This document shows, piece after piece, positions 1 through 13,400 of a stretch of DNA of 64,000 nt (position 1 is the first letter of the stretch; each line of letters opens with the position of its first letter). This stretch comes from Kudoa neothunni. Lineage: Eukaryota; Animalia; Cnidaria. The stretch lies in assembly GCA_964304625.1 (NCBI GenBank), contig OZ199838.1:8953045-9017044 (forward strand). The letters run 5' to 3'. The position numbers were made by a program, and so were the translations under genes. Under the pieces are notes generated by a model. It searched no databases, was not told where the DNA came from, and was given only the letters and a program-made list of their open reading frames with translations.

Positions 1-897
1 CTTATGTGAAAACCTGAAATATGATTATTTATAACGATGTCATAATTCAATTTCTTAAATATTATTATTCTCAACAACGTTAGTCTCAATATACTCTTAA
101 CTTGCATTAGTGTCCATTACGCAAATATTATCACGTTAAAGCTCCCACGCGCCCTTGAGTATTTTGAACTCAAAATGTATTTATAAATTGAATATTTGAA
201 AACAAATATTACGACTAATTGTTTAATAATAGTTATTCGTCTGGCAAGATTATTTTCATATAATCACGTAATTTCATACTCAATTGACACTATCATATCC
301 ATCAAATTAAAAAAAACTTATATCGTATTTATAATGATATTAAATGTTACTTCAAATGAAATAAAACTAAAGGAATGACCCAATTAACGTGTTCGAGCCA
401 ATAAACATTGCGTAATAACTATTAGATCTGAAAAAATTTTGTAGCCCTCCAACGATCTGATGAACCAACGCTTTAACGATCTTTGAGGAAAAATGGATCC
501 AGACTCTTGGAAAGAAATTATATGTAGAATTTTACAAAGTTTATATATAGCGTTGGAAAAATTTGTCATGGGAAAAATATAAATATAAGTGACAATCATT
601 CATTTAATCCAGTTATAATCTGATTTAAGATAATCTCACAACGCTTCAGGTTGTTTGAGGAAAAACACGAATTTTGCAATGTGGCTCCTTGCGACCCTCA
701 GAGTTATATTTTATGTAGGAGGTTCTTATCCTGCAATCTCTAATTTTCGGGATTAATACATTTATAAGCTCAAAAATAATCCAACGAAATATTAAATTTA
801 TTTTCTCTTTCCTTGAAAAAGTCATTATATTGTTTTGAACTTTCGTTGCTAACATAGAGGTTACATTGATAACTTAAAAACAACACTAAATTTTTAC

Positions 898-2996
898 CAG
901 ACAATGCACTTTCGTTCGTGTTCGTGTCGCCATGACAGTTTGAATTAGCCGTTTGAGCAATTGAATATCAAGATACTTTTTCCTTAAAGGGGACTTTTTA
1001 ATTACCATATTGAGGATATTAGTATTAACTCACAGGGTCGAACTAACACAAGATATTTCGTTGACTATAGCTGTACCTTGTTTATAATGAATATTTTAAT
1101 TAAATTTCTTAAAAATATTTGATAATCATTTAAGTAAGTGAATTTAGGTTAGTAGGTGTTTATTAAAATTGAAGTAATTAAGTTCTAGATCAAGTTATAA
1201 GGTAAGATAAAGAATCTAAAAACAACATTTTGAGCGTCATTTTTTAACTATTCTTATGCGATCGTGAAAAATTAAATAAATGAATCTCTAAAGCAATGAT
1301 TAAACTAATTGTTATAACTTCCAATTTCGGTACCAAATCCCAAATACAACATAATCAGCACTTGAAAAATCTTCGATAGATTTCTAAAAACCAATGAAAA
1401 CTTACTCTATTATTCTTCCATTAACTTTTAAATTGATTATGTGTCGTAAAAACATTTTTAATAATGTTTCGTTTTCAAAATTATATGATTCAGCCATTTA
1501 AATAAGCTTCACACATTTAATAATAATAAATTATCTTCTATATCATTATTTATATATACACTATAAACTTTTTACAAAAGTATCTAAATTAAATGATAAA
1601 TTTTTTAGTTTATATATTTTTTAGATGATAACTGATTTGAATTAGGAGTTAAATTTTAATAGTAACCAAATGATCAGCTTTTTAATTTCACTACAGTAAA
1701 AATCTGTAAAAAAAATTTGTTATCAATTAATTTTTCAATAGTTATTTTTTAAAGGGTTAAATTAAAGTAATAAAAAAATGAAATAAAAATACCATGTAAC
1801 TAAGATAGTGCCGAGTAAACTTAATGTAGTAGTCTTCGTATTTTTGGATACATATGGCTTATAAAATTTTCTATTTAATCTGATTTAATATTTTCACAAT
1901 TAACTATTACATTTTAAAGTTTCTATTTTATTACGTACGTAAAAAATACGTATATCAACTTATATAGGTTAATTGAATGGATTAGCGTATTTTTGGAGTT
2001 GTTTTGAGAGATTTTTCAATGTAAGTATTTTCGATACCGAGTTACGTTGCGCCATTGACGCTAGTTTTCTTATATAGTAGATGTAAATGCACGCTGTTTT
2101 AGCTAATCACACGAAATTTGAATGACTCCCTCAATATCGAAATTTCGAATATTCAATAGTCTCGACATTTGTATTTTTAAACCTCTATTCAAGATGTTTT
2201 CCTGGAATATTGATGATGTGAAAAAAAGTTTAGATAATGGTGCTCTCTACCCGCGGAATATGTCTAACGCTAAGACCAATGAATGAGACAATTTTCCATC
2301 CTTATTTACCAGCGACGGAGACGAAATCTCCCAATTCAACTTAATTATTTGCATGAAATGCAATGGATAGTTTGGATATAAACCTATGGCTGGCAATCGT
2401 CAATCCATCAACCAGAATATATTTCACCTCAAGTTCAAATTTACATCAATGTTCAAATTTACTCTCGTTAAGCTATATATTTAGAGGTTTTTAATAAAAT
2501 AAACATTTTTTGAAATAAAAACTCATAATAATTAAGTTCCTATCAAACAATAACATTTGTTATGTAGTAACAAGCACTAGAAATTTTTATTCATAGGAAA
2601 TCACACTATTTTGTCGCTTAAATCTGTCGGATCACGCATTACATTTTTCATCACGTTCACGTTCACGATTTTTAGAAATCATGATAATAAATTTATATAT
2701 CCTAGAATCAACTAAGACGATTTGAATATGATATATAATTCGAATTGAGAAAAATTATTAAGAATACGATTTCGTAATGTAAATGGCATAAATATTTGTT
2801 ATTGTTTTCTTAAGGATTGCCTTATTACTAGCATAAAATTTAAGGGGTCATAAATTTCGATATATCTCAAAAACTCAACTTCCCCACATAAAACCCATGA
2901 ATATGGTTTCGTTCATGTTTCGTGCTAAAATTTAGGGCATGGTATTTAATTCGTGAAAACTCTAAAACGAACGAATACACGAAAGTGTATTGTCTG
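898..2996. mobile_element. Degenerate TIR DNA transposon, unclassified (possibly Merlin-related)
   Basis: TIRs CAGACAATGCACTTTCGT (898) and reverse complement CAGACAATACACTTTCGT (ending 2996) match 17/18. Flanks AATTTTTAC/AATTTCATC match only partly. No intact ORF inside. Confidence 0.65.
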
Positions 2997-3348
2997 AATT
3001 TCATCCACTAAATTTTAATTATTTCCCCGATTCATTCAAGAAAATTTTTCACAAATATGAAATTTAAGTGGAACCATTAATTCTCAAAAAATTCAAATAA
3101 ATGCTCGAATTAATCCCCTAATCGTGATTAGTTTTGTATCTTCGTTGTTATATAAATATGTATTTTTCATTTCAACTAGTAATATTTTGGCATTAAGTCA
3201 TCATAACTAATTAATCAATACTCATTTTAAGAATTTAATGTTACAAAATAAAGGCTGCAATAAAAATAGAATTCAGGATACAGAATGTTTAATAAGGTTT
3301 TATACGTCCTTCATTATTTTTGACACATCCTTTATCCTTTATCTACTA

Positions 3349-6201
3349 TAGGGGTGGGCAAACTACTATTCGCGAAAAGGCTCAACACCAGTCGCCAAAA
3401 ATTATGTTTATTTCTAAAAAATTTAAATTTATATACCTAATTCTCATAATTAAAATGTTTATTTTAGTTTAATGAACTTTAATGTTCATTGTATTTAATA
3501 GTTTTAAAATAATTCATCACAAACGTCATGCCTAAGTGAATTAAGTATTAAAATTCTAATATTGCTAAAAACAATCGTTCCAAAGGAGAATATAGTTAAA
3601 AAAATAAGAAATAATTTCATATCATAATGTAATTTCTAAATATTATCTTTTACGTTTGGGCTATAAAGGGATCATCGATAAAAGGACTATATATATTAAA
3701 ATGATCTCAAATATCTAATAAATAACATCAGTCATAAAAATTAAAAAATCACTCCTTATTTGTCCTCTGGAGCTAATTAATTGTGATATAGTAAACTCAC
3801 TATAAATTATTTTCTACCAACTTTTAAAATCGCAATGTAGACTTCGTTTAACCGGTATTCATGGATCTACTGATCGATGAGCTGTTTCTATTCAAATTAT
3901 GTCGGGTTTTATATACATAGGGATAAATAATTTTTACCATAATTAAGTGATGTAACTAACAAAACATAACGCTCTCAAAAAAAGGTGAAAAATAAGCCGA
4001 AAGAGGACATTATAAATAGCGGTTACCCCTTTTATACCCTTGCCGAAACATTCTTTAGTATACAATGTTTTTTGAGATGACTAGTTTCAATCAATCTAAA
4101 AAAAGAAAAATTGAAGACTAATGTCGAAGTTTCAATCACGAATGGGCTGAAAAGTACTTGTTTAACAACATAAATAATAAAACTGTATGTTTGACTTGCC
4201 GTGACATACTCGCTGTTTACAAAGAATAAAACTTGAACACCCAGTATCAGACTGAATATTCCAATTTGTCACAGGAAGAATTGAAAAATAAGGCATCTGA
4301 TATAGTACGAAATTTAAAACGAAAAGCAAAATTCATTTGAAAAAGCAACATCCATACAAAGAGATGCAACGGTGACTAGCTATATGCTTTCCCAAAAATT
4401 AGCAAAATGTAACAAGGCATTATTGGATAGGGAGTTTATTAAAGAGTTTTTTATGGATGGTGTTAACGTTGTGTGTGCCCCCAGTCATCTCGAAAATTGA
4501 AACTATTCCTCCATCATGAAGAAAAATCGTTCGAAAAAATTATTAATTTTGAGTACTATTCTATTGGTTTGGACGAAAGTGCATATGCTACCGATACCGC
4601 TCAATTACTCATTTTTGTAACAGGAATTGACCATAATTTCGAAATTAACGAGGAGTTCTTTATCACTTGAATCTTTGAAGAATACCAAAACTGGACAAGA
4701 TTTTTTCGATAGCGTTATGAATAGTTGGAACAGTTCTGGTTTAAGCTTGGACAAACTCATCAATGTCACTACTAATAGAGCACCTTCACTCGTGGGAAAA
4801 CACTCTGGGCTAATAAAACTGACGAACGATAAAATCAATGAAGATTTCCCATCACATAAAATTTTGTTATTTCATTGTATCATACACCAAGAAACATTGT
4901 GTAAATATTCATTGACATTCAAGCATGTTTTGGACCCTGTAGTGTGTGCTGTTAATGTGGTAAGATCAAGGGCTCTTCTACATAGGCAATTTAGGAGCTT
5001 TTTAGAGGACAACGAATCTGATTTTACCGATATACTCCATTACACTAATGTACGATGGTTAAATATGGATCCTAAAAACCGAAATTTCCCCCTTTTTGAA
5101 CATAACGGACACTAGTTGCGATTTTGTTGATAAAATCAAGAATCATGCATGGTTACGTGATTTCGCATTCGCAGTAGATATGATGAAAAAGATGAATGAC
5201 TTGAAAGTAAAATTACAAGGAAAGGCTTATTTGTTCACGAGTTATATTTGGAAGTGGAATCCTTCCAAATAAAACTTCAGTTATTTTCCAATCAACTTAA
5301 AAATCAAAACTTTGCCCATTTTCCAACATTGAAGGTTCAAAATCCCCCAAAACATTTCGTGACAACTATAGTTCCCAGCTAATAGAGTTTAAAGAAGAGT
5401 TTGCCAGAAGATTTTCCGATTGTAGGTTGAACGAAAGTGACTTTACTTTGCTCTGTTCGCCTGTAACAAGTGACATTGAAACATTCCCAGAAGAACTGCA
5501 ATTAGAATTAATAGACCTGCTAGCCGACATTTCCCTAAAAAAACATTCGAACCAAAAAATTTGATTAAATTTTACTCTGCTACCAACAATGAAAGTTCCT
5601 TAATTTGATAAGGTTTGCCAAAGGAATGTTTTTTATTTTTGCATCAACATATATACGCAAGAAAACGTTCTCTGTAATGAAAATAAACATGTCTCAAAAT
5701 AGAGCGATAATGACAAACTTCAATCTTCACTCGATTTTGAGAATAAGTATAAGCTCATTAAAACCTGATTTTGATAAAAGTATTAATGATAGCTGCCAGT
5801 TCCATAAATCGCATTAGTTCTTTTTATTTAATAGTATGTTTTTTATGATGTCTGTTTTTATTTGTCTGCGAATGAAAAACTCTACCTATTAAATTAAATT
5901 ATTATAGAAAATTTTATAACTAGAATACTTTACGTTGTTTTTAAGAAGACAAATTATTTCAAATTTTCGGAATAAGGCCTATTTTAAAAGCTCATACGAT
6001 TTTGAAATTTATCCTTGTGTAAGTAATACTTAGGGTTGTAATAAGTAAAAATATTTAGGAAAATATTAAAATTTATTTTAATCAATGGAAACATGCAATC
6101 GATAAAAAATGAGTTCTAAAACATTTTCCATCTTTTATCATTACAAGAAGCTATTTTTTATGGGTGCGGTCCGCGGACCAATAAAGTTTTCCCCACCCCT
6201 G
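3349..6201 (+). mobile_element. hAT (Buster/Charlie, GTF2IRD2-like) transposon with a disrupted transposase
   Basis: TIRs TAGGGGTGGGCAAACT (3349) and rc CAGGGGTGGGGAAAACT (6201). Flanks atcTActa/tttTAcaa fit the Buster nnnTAnnn target. Transposase ~4077-5817 shows KKRKIED*CRSFNHEWAEKY, SIGLDES..TDTAQLLIFV, FHCIIHQE, VRWL and FASTY..TFSVMK, with stops and frameshifts. Confidence 0.92.
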
Positions 6202-6495
6202 TTTTACAAGCTTCTTTTAAAAAATATACTCATGAACGCAGACATTAGATCTCTTAATTGAACCTCAACATTACTCATAAAAAGCCTTTCTAACTTTCGC
6301 AAATTTTGTTAATAATAATTATAATTTTTATATAAAAAGTAAGAAAGAAACACGTAAAAGGCTATTTTCCTACCCGCGTTTATACATAAAATAGTTAGAA
6401 ACCATCCTTTTATGGGTGAAAAAACAATGTACACCGTAAATTTACAAAGAATAAAAGCCGAAATGGAAAAATCTGATAGCAAAAAATTCAAAAAA

Positions 6496-7371
6496 TTACA
6501 TTTTGATTTGTTGCTTAATCTATTTTTGAAATATATCAGAATCAAATAGTATTGCGAAATTACCTGATTTGAAACAAAGTCTCCAACTGCACGTATAAAA
6601 GAATCTCTCACGTGATTGTATTGGATCTTGTGATATCCTATTTTTTCCATAAACTAAAACAATTCAAATGTAACAATCCCTGTTTATCATCAATAATTAC
6701 ATCTTTAGTATTTTTAGCAGAATTCTTCGAGGTAATATATATTATTTGAGAATTAGCATCCATAACAACAATTAAGAACTATGCAATTTTCATATACATA
6801 TAATAAAAAGCAATAAAACTTTTTCTATTCCATCAGAGCAACCAGATATCGTAGCGCAAGGTGTACAAACGAGAGGGATGCCCGAGTGAAGTAGTGAAAG
6901 AATGGTTGCGTTTATTGCGCAAAACAATACCTTAAGCAAATCATAGATTTTTAGTGTAATTGTTTAATTTGTATTACATCATTTTTATTGTTTTGTTTTA
7001 GAACACGAACTATTACATACAACGAGGAAGAATTAATTTTTTCGACGAACACACAACTTTTCAGTACATTTTGTATAATTGTAGAGTAATATTTTTCCAT
7101 GAGATCTATATCTCCAATATAAAAGAGAAAACAAATGAAGAACTAACTCAATCCAAAAAGGTTGTTGTAAAATTTCACGTCAATATTTACTTTGTTATCT
7201 TCTTCGACATTTGGATTATTATTTGGACCATATATTATAGCCAAAACAGAAGTCCCATCTATTTTTAGTTGAAATATTCCAAATCATCTAAATAAGAAAA
7301 TAACTGTATGAAAATGATGCAGATCCGTCATTTGAACTGTTTTCTAGTAAACACGAAGTGAACTCCACCAT
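6496..7371 (-). CDS. EXOSC5: Exosome component Rrp46 (RNase PH-like), multi-exon
   Basis: Manual splicing gives MVEFTSCLLENSSNDGSASFSY|NGTSVLAIIYGP...VLFCAINATILSLLHSGIPL...GDFVSNQ|IKQQIKM*. This matches the Rrp46 DGSA.F..G.TSVLA.VYGP and LNA...AL..AG.P motifs. Introns are short GT-AG. Confidence 0.8.
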
Positions 7372-8474
7372 ATTTCACGCATGCGGATGCACGTGTGTAA
7401 ATTTTGTCATAATTAATTTCTGTGTACCAGAAAATCAAATTTTCTAAGTATATTCCAATCTGAGAAAATGTAAGGCTGATAAAAGTATACCTTGTGATTC
7501 TAAGAATTCATCATGAGAATACATGTTTGTCACTCTAAATTTTAACGATAATATAATTCACGGAGATAAGATATTATAACTTTACTGTAGAATGAATTGT
7601 AGGAGTATGATGGATATATGCCTAGAATGAACATTTAATCTGAGATAGAACCAAAACATGGGACTTTTGCACGCCTTGAGTTCAATAATTCTACAAATAA
7701 TACATATTGAACGACCGAAGCTAAGTGAAAGAAACCTAAAATCTTATATTAAAGTTTTTTCAATTTTGTGGATATGAAGCTACATCGAGTCACAATAGAA
7801 ATGTGATACTGGAGCACACAGAGAAGATCGATTATCCCTCTAATAAATGTGAAAATATTAAATTTTTTAATTGTTACCTCTTTTCGTAAAACGACCTAGA
7901 AACAAAAAGTTATATCGATACTATTCAAAAATTCGTTGGAATCACTAAGAAACCCGATTACAAATTTTGTAAAATATCAAATATAGTAACCTACGTGTTT
8001 TGCGTGATCAAAAGGGAAACCATAATTAGTACTAAATAAATAAAACATTTTAGCCGTGTAATCAAAAATTACAATTTGTTTATTACATCAACCAATGAAA
8101 TCCATATTTTCTATAAATTTATTATGTAATTATCTTTCTTTTCATAATTGAAATCTACACATTGAAATAATGATAAAGCCAACTTGTAGTCGGATAAATT
8201 CTTGCGGAATTTTAGATGCTTAAATCTAAAATATTATGTTTTTTCAACAATTCCAAAGACTACTTTTGGAAAAAATAATTATCAATTCTTACAATTCTCT
8301 CTTAATCCTTAATGTGTGTAGTCTTGAATGACTTCATTTTCATTTTCTCGTGCTTCACTCGATAAACTAGCTTTGCTGACTTCGAAAAAAATTCTCCAAG
8401 TACTATTTTAAATCATTATACAATTTTCAGAATCAGGCAAGTTTTAATTAGAAGCAATACTTAGTCTATTTTCC
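7328..8474 (-). CDS. Putative orphan multi-exon ORF; start codon not resolved; 3' end overlaps the EXOSC5 start
   Basis: About 12 short exons join stop-free (...RIKRELFKHLKFRKNL...SSLCAPVSHFYCDS...YTRASACVKYGGVHFVFTRKQFK*). Introns are GT-AG plus one GC-AG (7622-7674), with an 18-nt exon at 7878-7895. No homology recognised and no in-frame ATG found. Confidence 0.45.
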
Positions 8475-8696
8475 TAAATTTATTAAAAGATTTTTCGAAC
8501 TACTTGAAAAGGATTTATGGTTTTATTCGACCCAAAAATTATTTTAATAACAGTTTTCACAGAATTTTTGGTAAAATATATTCAAAAGTATTCACTTAAA
8601 CATCGTTAAATATAATTTTACAAATTACTAAAACTTTTGATTGTCCGTTGATCTAATGTGGACTCCCGCAATTCGAGTGTGTTGTCAGAACAGATA

Positions 8697-9395
8697 CAGT
8701 AGGTGACATATGGTTCGTAATGACATGTAGTTCGTAATTTGAGAAAATGATACAAAATTAACGTACATATAAGATTATAATAATTTATTTATTCCTCAAG
8801 CTATTTAAAAACATTTATTTGACCTTTAAGAATACAAATAAAATATTTCTAAATTAATTAATCAGGTTTTTAATGATTATTTTGTAGTGACGTGTAGTTC
8901 GTAACTTTTCAGGTGCGTTAATATTTTCGTTTTCGATTAGTGGCGAAATGGAGGATAAAATTAAAAATTAAGTTTGGACATTAAAAAAGAAATATGAAAT
9001 AATAAAGATTTTCAAAAACTAGTGAAGGTATGGGCGGAAACAATATTGCAAAAGACGCCAATATTAATGATTTTATAAGTGATGGTAACTGTCACAAAGT
9101 AGAAAAGTTTCGTAAGTATTACTACAGAGAACGAAAAATTATTCCGTTCTAAATTGCCTCTCTCATTTGTCTGATTTAAGACATTATTTGAAATATCAAG
9201 GCCGAAATAGTTATAAACATCAAACGGATATTGAACGATAAGTTTATAATGTAATTGTCAGAAAACTTAAAAATATTACTATAACTAAGTAATTTCCTTC
9301 AAAATAATTTATCATTATAGTTGATTCATATCATTTATCTCTCTGACACATTTCGCGCGCAATCTTAGAAATTACGATCCACCCCTCACCCACTG
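8697..9395. mobile_element. Non-autonomous Tc1/pogo-type element with TA TSD
   Basis: TA|CAGTAGGTGACATATGGTTCGTAAT ... ATTACGATCCACCCCTCACCCACTG|TA; TIRs match 19/25. Same TIR family as 26116-27412 and 31360-31599. Confidence 0.7.
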
Positions 9396-10466
9396 TAATG
9401 ACTAAATCAGAAGGCAGAAATATATATATACTTAAATCCTCCGCTGTAATGAATTTTTCGTAATGAAATTTAAAAATGGTCTAATATATTTATATTTTGA
9501 CATTTAAAAATAAACTTTTTCTGCAGGAGGAAAAATATAACGAACATTATACATTTTATGGGGGAAATGGCTAGTTTTATCTTGAGTTTTTTCCCGAAAT
9601 TTAATTGATTTTATTTATATTGAATTTAATATTTTCCATTCTTAAATGATGGTTCGATATCGTTAAAGACAATACTTAAACGACTCTATTCGTTACAATA
9701 AGATTAGTATCAAACAATCAGTAAAAATAATAAATTTGTTTGGGATATAATTTAATCTTTATTTTGTTTTTTCACATTTATATCTGGAATAACAGGGGTA
9801 CTATTTAATTAAGTCGGTTTAATTTATTATTTAGCTTCTTTAAATGCTGAGAAGATCGATTTTTAAAATAGGGGGACACTATACATATGTTGTACAATAA
9901 AAAACTATTTTAACTTTATCATTGACCACCGCATTATATCATCTAAGGGAGAATGTCAATTTTAATTGAATATCTCTTTAACATCAGCGAATTATAATCC
10001 TATTATTTAAACCGTGTGATCCGTTAAAAAAAATTTAAACCCGAAAAATTCACTTCTTGGTGAATGATTTTAGATTTTCTGATAATGCGAAAACATTTTA
10101 AAAGATTATTTCGACGCCATAAATTATTGAAAGCTCCATAAAACATTGTCAATAAGAAAAAAAATATGTCATACATGTGCACATGCCAACACATACGCTG
10201 ACAGACAAGGATTTTTATATAAAGAAAATAACAACCGTATACTTTACTATTGTTCTATCTAGATTGCGAAATAGAAAATAATACTTTTTTTAATGAAAAC
10301 TATTCAAGTTGCAAAAAATAATTAAAACCATATTCATAGTCCTTGTCCAAAAAATTTCACGTTATTATTAATTAGAAAAAGAAACCTCTAAAAACAACAA
10401 AACAAGTAATCATATAATAAATATAGATAGATGGAAGAAAATTTTCTATGCATAATGTGTCGACTT

Positions 10467-13400
10467 TTAAAGAGCATTAATGAAATTCCGAGGATCAGTA
10501 TATTGTCGTTTCCAGGTCCAAATTAATATCAGAAATGGCGGAACCAATGATATAATAGACAACACAAAAGTTGTTATTATAAATGCGTATTTATGTCCAT
10601 CTGAAAATAAGAATTTTCTTTTAATTTTATCGTCGCGGAGGTTCGATTTGATAATCGTAGACCAAATAGTTTTGATAGTTTCGGCGTAACTGACACTGCC
10701 TTTGGAGTAAATTATTGATGTTATGGAAGTAATGTCAGGCGTAAATGACGATGAAGTTGTTTCTGAGACTTTGCTAATAGTTAAGAATACCACTGAAGTT
10801 ATTGATTTTTGTTGTTCGCTGTGGAAATATAAGAGCAAAAAATAAATGGTATTTACCTGATAGTCCCTTCGATATCCAAAAATATGGAACCGAAAAATGA
10901 GTCAGCAAATAAATATATGTACATGTTGTTTTTATATAAATTTGGCCTTAAAACATTGATGCACATTTATATTAATTAAAAAATGTACATACTCTGGTCT
11001 AAGACGTATAATGGTATCTTGGTCTTCCAATAAGGAGTCACTTAGCAGTGCGTAAATTACGCCCAAATTGAAGCATTCAAGCAAATGATTTTTAACTCCC
11101 TAAAGAGAATTTTGAGTTGAACCATATTTAGAGGCATTCTACATCATTTTTTATTCTTGAATTATAGGAGCACTTTTCAGCTCCATACTTAAGTAATGCT
11201 CGTTTCAAGCCACTATTTTTTATCCCCTCAAAATTAAAATAATCATTAAAAATCTACATTTAATCAGAAAATCTCCGTTTAAATGTAATACGTGGATTTC
11301 TTTGATCTCTTTTGAGATAATTTTTTTATTAACAGTTGAAAAATTACAGGGTTTTTCGTTTTGACACACATTTCTATTGCGTATAATGGATTTGATCAGT
11401 ATGCTGCAGGCCTCAATGTTAAATTTTCCAAAAAATATAGCATTGACTTTGTTTATTGGTTCCATTATACAGTCGTGACTTATACTTCCCATGTTAACGT
11501 GTTCGTTAAAACCATTTATAACACAGGGGTGAAAAATCTCTAGGTTATTGTAGCTAGTGCCTGAATTTAGTTGTTCCTATTTATTCATATTTATTGTTAT
11601 TAGTTAAACATTTGCATACTCTAGTTAGTTGGTGATACGTTTCTAGAATTACATTGTCCACAGCCAAACAATAGAATTCATTTACCAATGCCGAGTATTT
11701 TTGACTTCCGATGTAAAATTTCTTTACAATCCAATCATCATATAGTTGCGGATTATTTGTTAAAAACCCAATAGAGAATTTTTTAAAGGATAATCTGATA
11801 AATGGTGTTGACACTAAATTCTATCAGAAATTATTAATAAATATGTATGATACCAATTTCTCTGTCTTCTACCTTATAATTATATTTTAAAAGGTCAATC
11901 AAACCACTGATTTGTTCGTTTACTCTAAACTGACTATTTAAGTTATCCTGTAGTTTTTAAATTGGGTAATCTTCTCTGTGTCTTTATCCAAAATCTTGTT
12001 GTATTCCTCTTCAGTATAACTTTGAATAAAATTTTAATTCTAAATAAGATTTAAAAAGTATACTTATAGCTGAATTCCAACGAATAGACATAATTCAGCA
12101 CGACTTCGTGTTTTTCATTAGTATCCCATTCACATTCATTAGCAGCTTCACGAACGCACCATTTTATTGCCCAATCAACTAACAAATATTAATATTTTTG
12201 ATATAGTTTCATATTTATTAAAAATCATGTTTTTATCTATTTGGCTAAAAAATTTTTATGGATCAATTAAATTCGTATTTTATTGCGAAGGCATGTGTAG
12301 TGTTGATATATCTCCAATCGGAAAGCCAACGTGTGCACATAAAATAAATGAAACGGTTAAGCTTGCAACGAGTTTTTGCCCAAATTTATCCATAATAAAG
12401 AAATGAATTTAATGAGAGTTTTTATTTTCACCTTAAAACTTCATTAATTCAAATATTTTTTACTGAAAAATTTAATTTATATGTTATTATAAAGCTTTAT
12501 CCAACAAATTTTAACCAAATGGAGTTTTGCGCGTCTTTTACGACACCTTAAAAATTTCGTCATATTTTTTAACTTAAATATATTAGAAGTGCGCCACTTG
12601 GGGCAATCTTAAAAATATATAGACATTTTATAGTAAATAATTAATTCTACCATCCCTATATCATTGGACTTTTACGTTAGATGACTTTTGAGTTCAATAC
12701 CGCGGATTTTTTTTCTTTCGCATAATTTTCTGAATTTGTTTAATGTATATGTACAAAAAATCTTAAATTAGATAGATAATACGAAAATATAGTAATTTAA
12801 AATATGATATTTACATTGATCTCACATTTATTACGAAATCACCTTCGGGGTAAAACCACATAGGAGGGATTTCTAATTCGTGCAAAAGACCTTCGGTTAT
12901 AAAAATTAAAATAATATTAATTTTCTATTGATTAAATAAATCTTTTGAGTGGAATTAAATTTGTCCGTGATGTATTGAAACTGCGAAGCTAAATATTGTA
13001 ATATCGATGTTTTTTGCTTTAATTAATAATGAACTTTTTTTGTACAAATAGTGTTATTATTACAGAGAGATTCATTATTATTGTCTTTCTAAATCAGCGG
13101 ATATTTACTTCAGAACGTCAAAATAGCTGAACATGAATCACATTAATTTTTTTAAATAGTTTTAATACACATTGAGGTCGCCTTAAGGAGGAACTGGTTA
13201 AGGGTCATATAAATATTTGACAATGCTTTATCATTTATCTCGTAACAATAGATGAATTATTTAAAAAAATATAAATAATAAATTTTATATAAAATTAAAG
13301 TCGAAACATAATGTTATTAGACAATTCATTAGATTTATATTGATAAAAATACAGTAAACGATGACATTTAGCTTTCAAATCACGCTCATGAAAAAACTAA

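Noticed and set aside
380-780. SRPK/CMGC kinase-like relic (IVKALVHQIVGGLQ, HIAKFV)
   Set aside because: Only short fragments in different frames and no HxDxK/DxG motifs; too weak to call.
11900-11945. Stop-codon reassignment (TAA=Gln), suggested by RIT*IVSLE*TNK aligning near ACR3
   Set aside because: TAA terminates ASRGL1, both SLC25 copies, the Kunitz gene, TTC19 and EXOSC5, and no conserved gene has internal TAA/TAG.
12280-12393. MDKFGQKLVASLTVSFILCAH as the NTPDase-like start
   Set aside because: It hits a stop and lacks the ACR1 region. The exons at 15651-16066 fit better, though an alternative first exon is not excluded.
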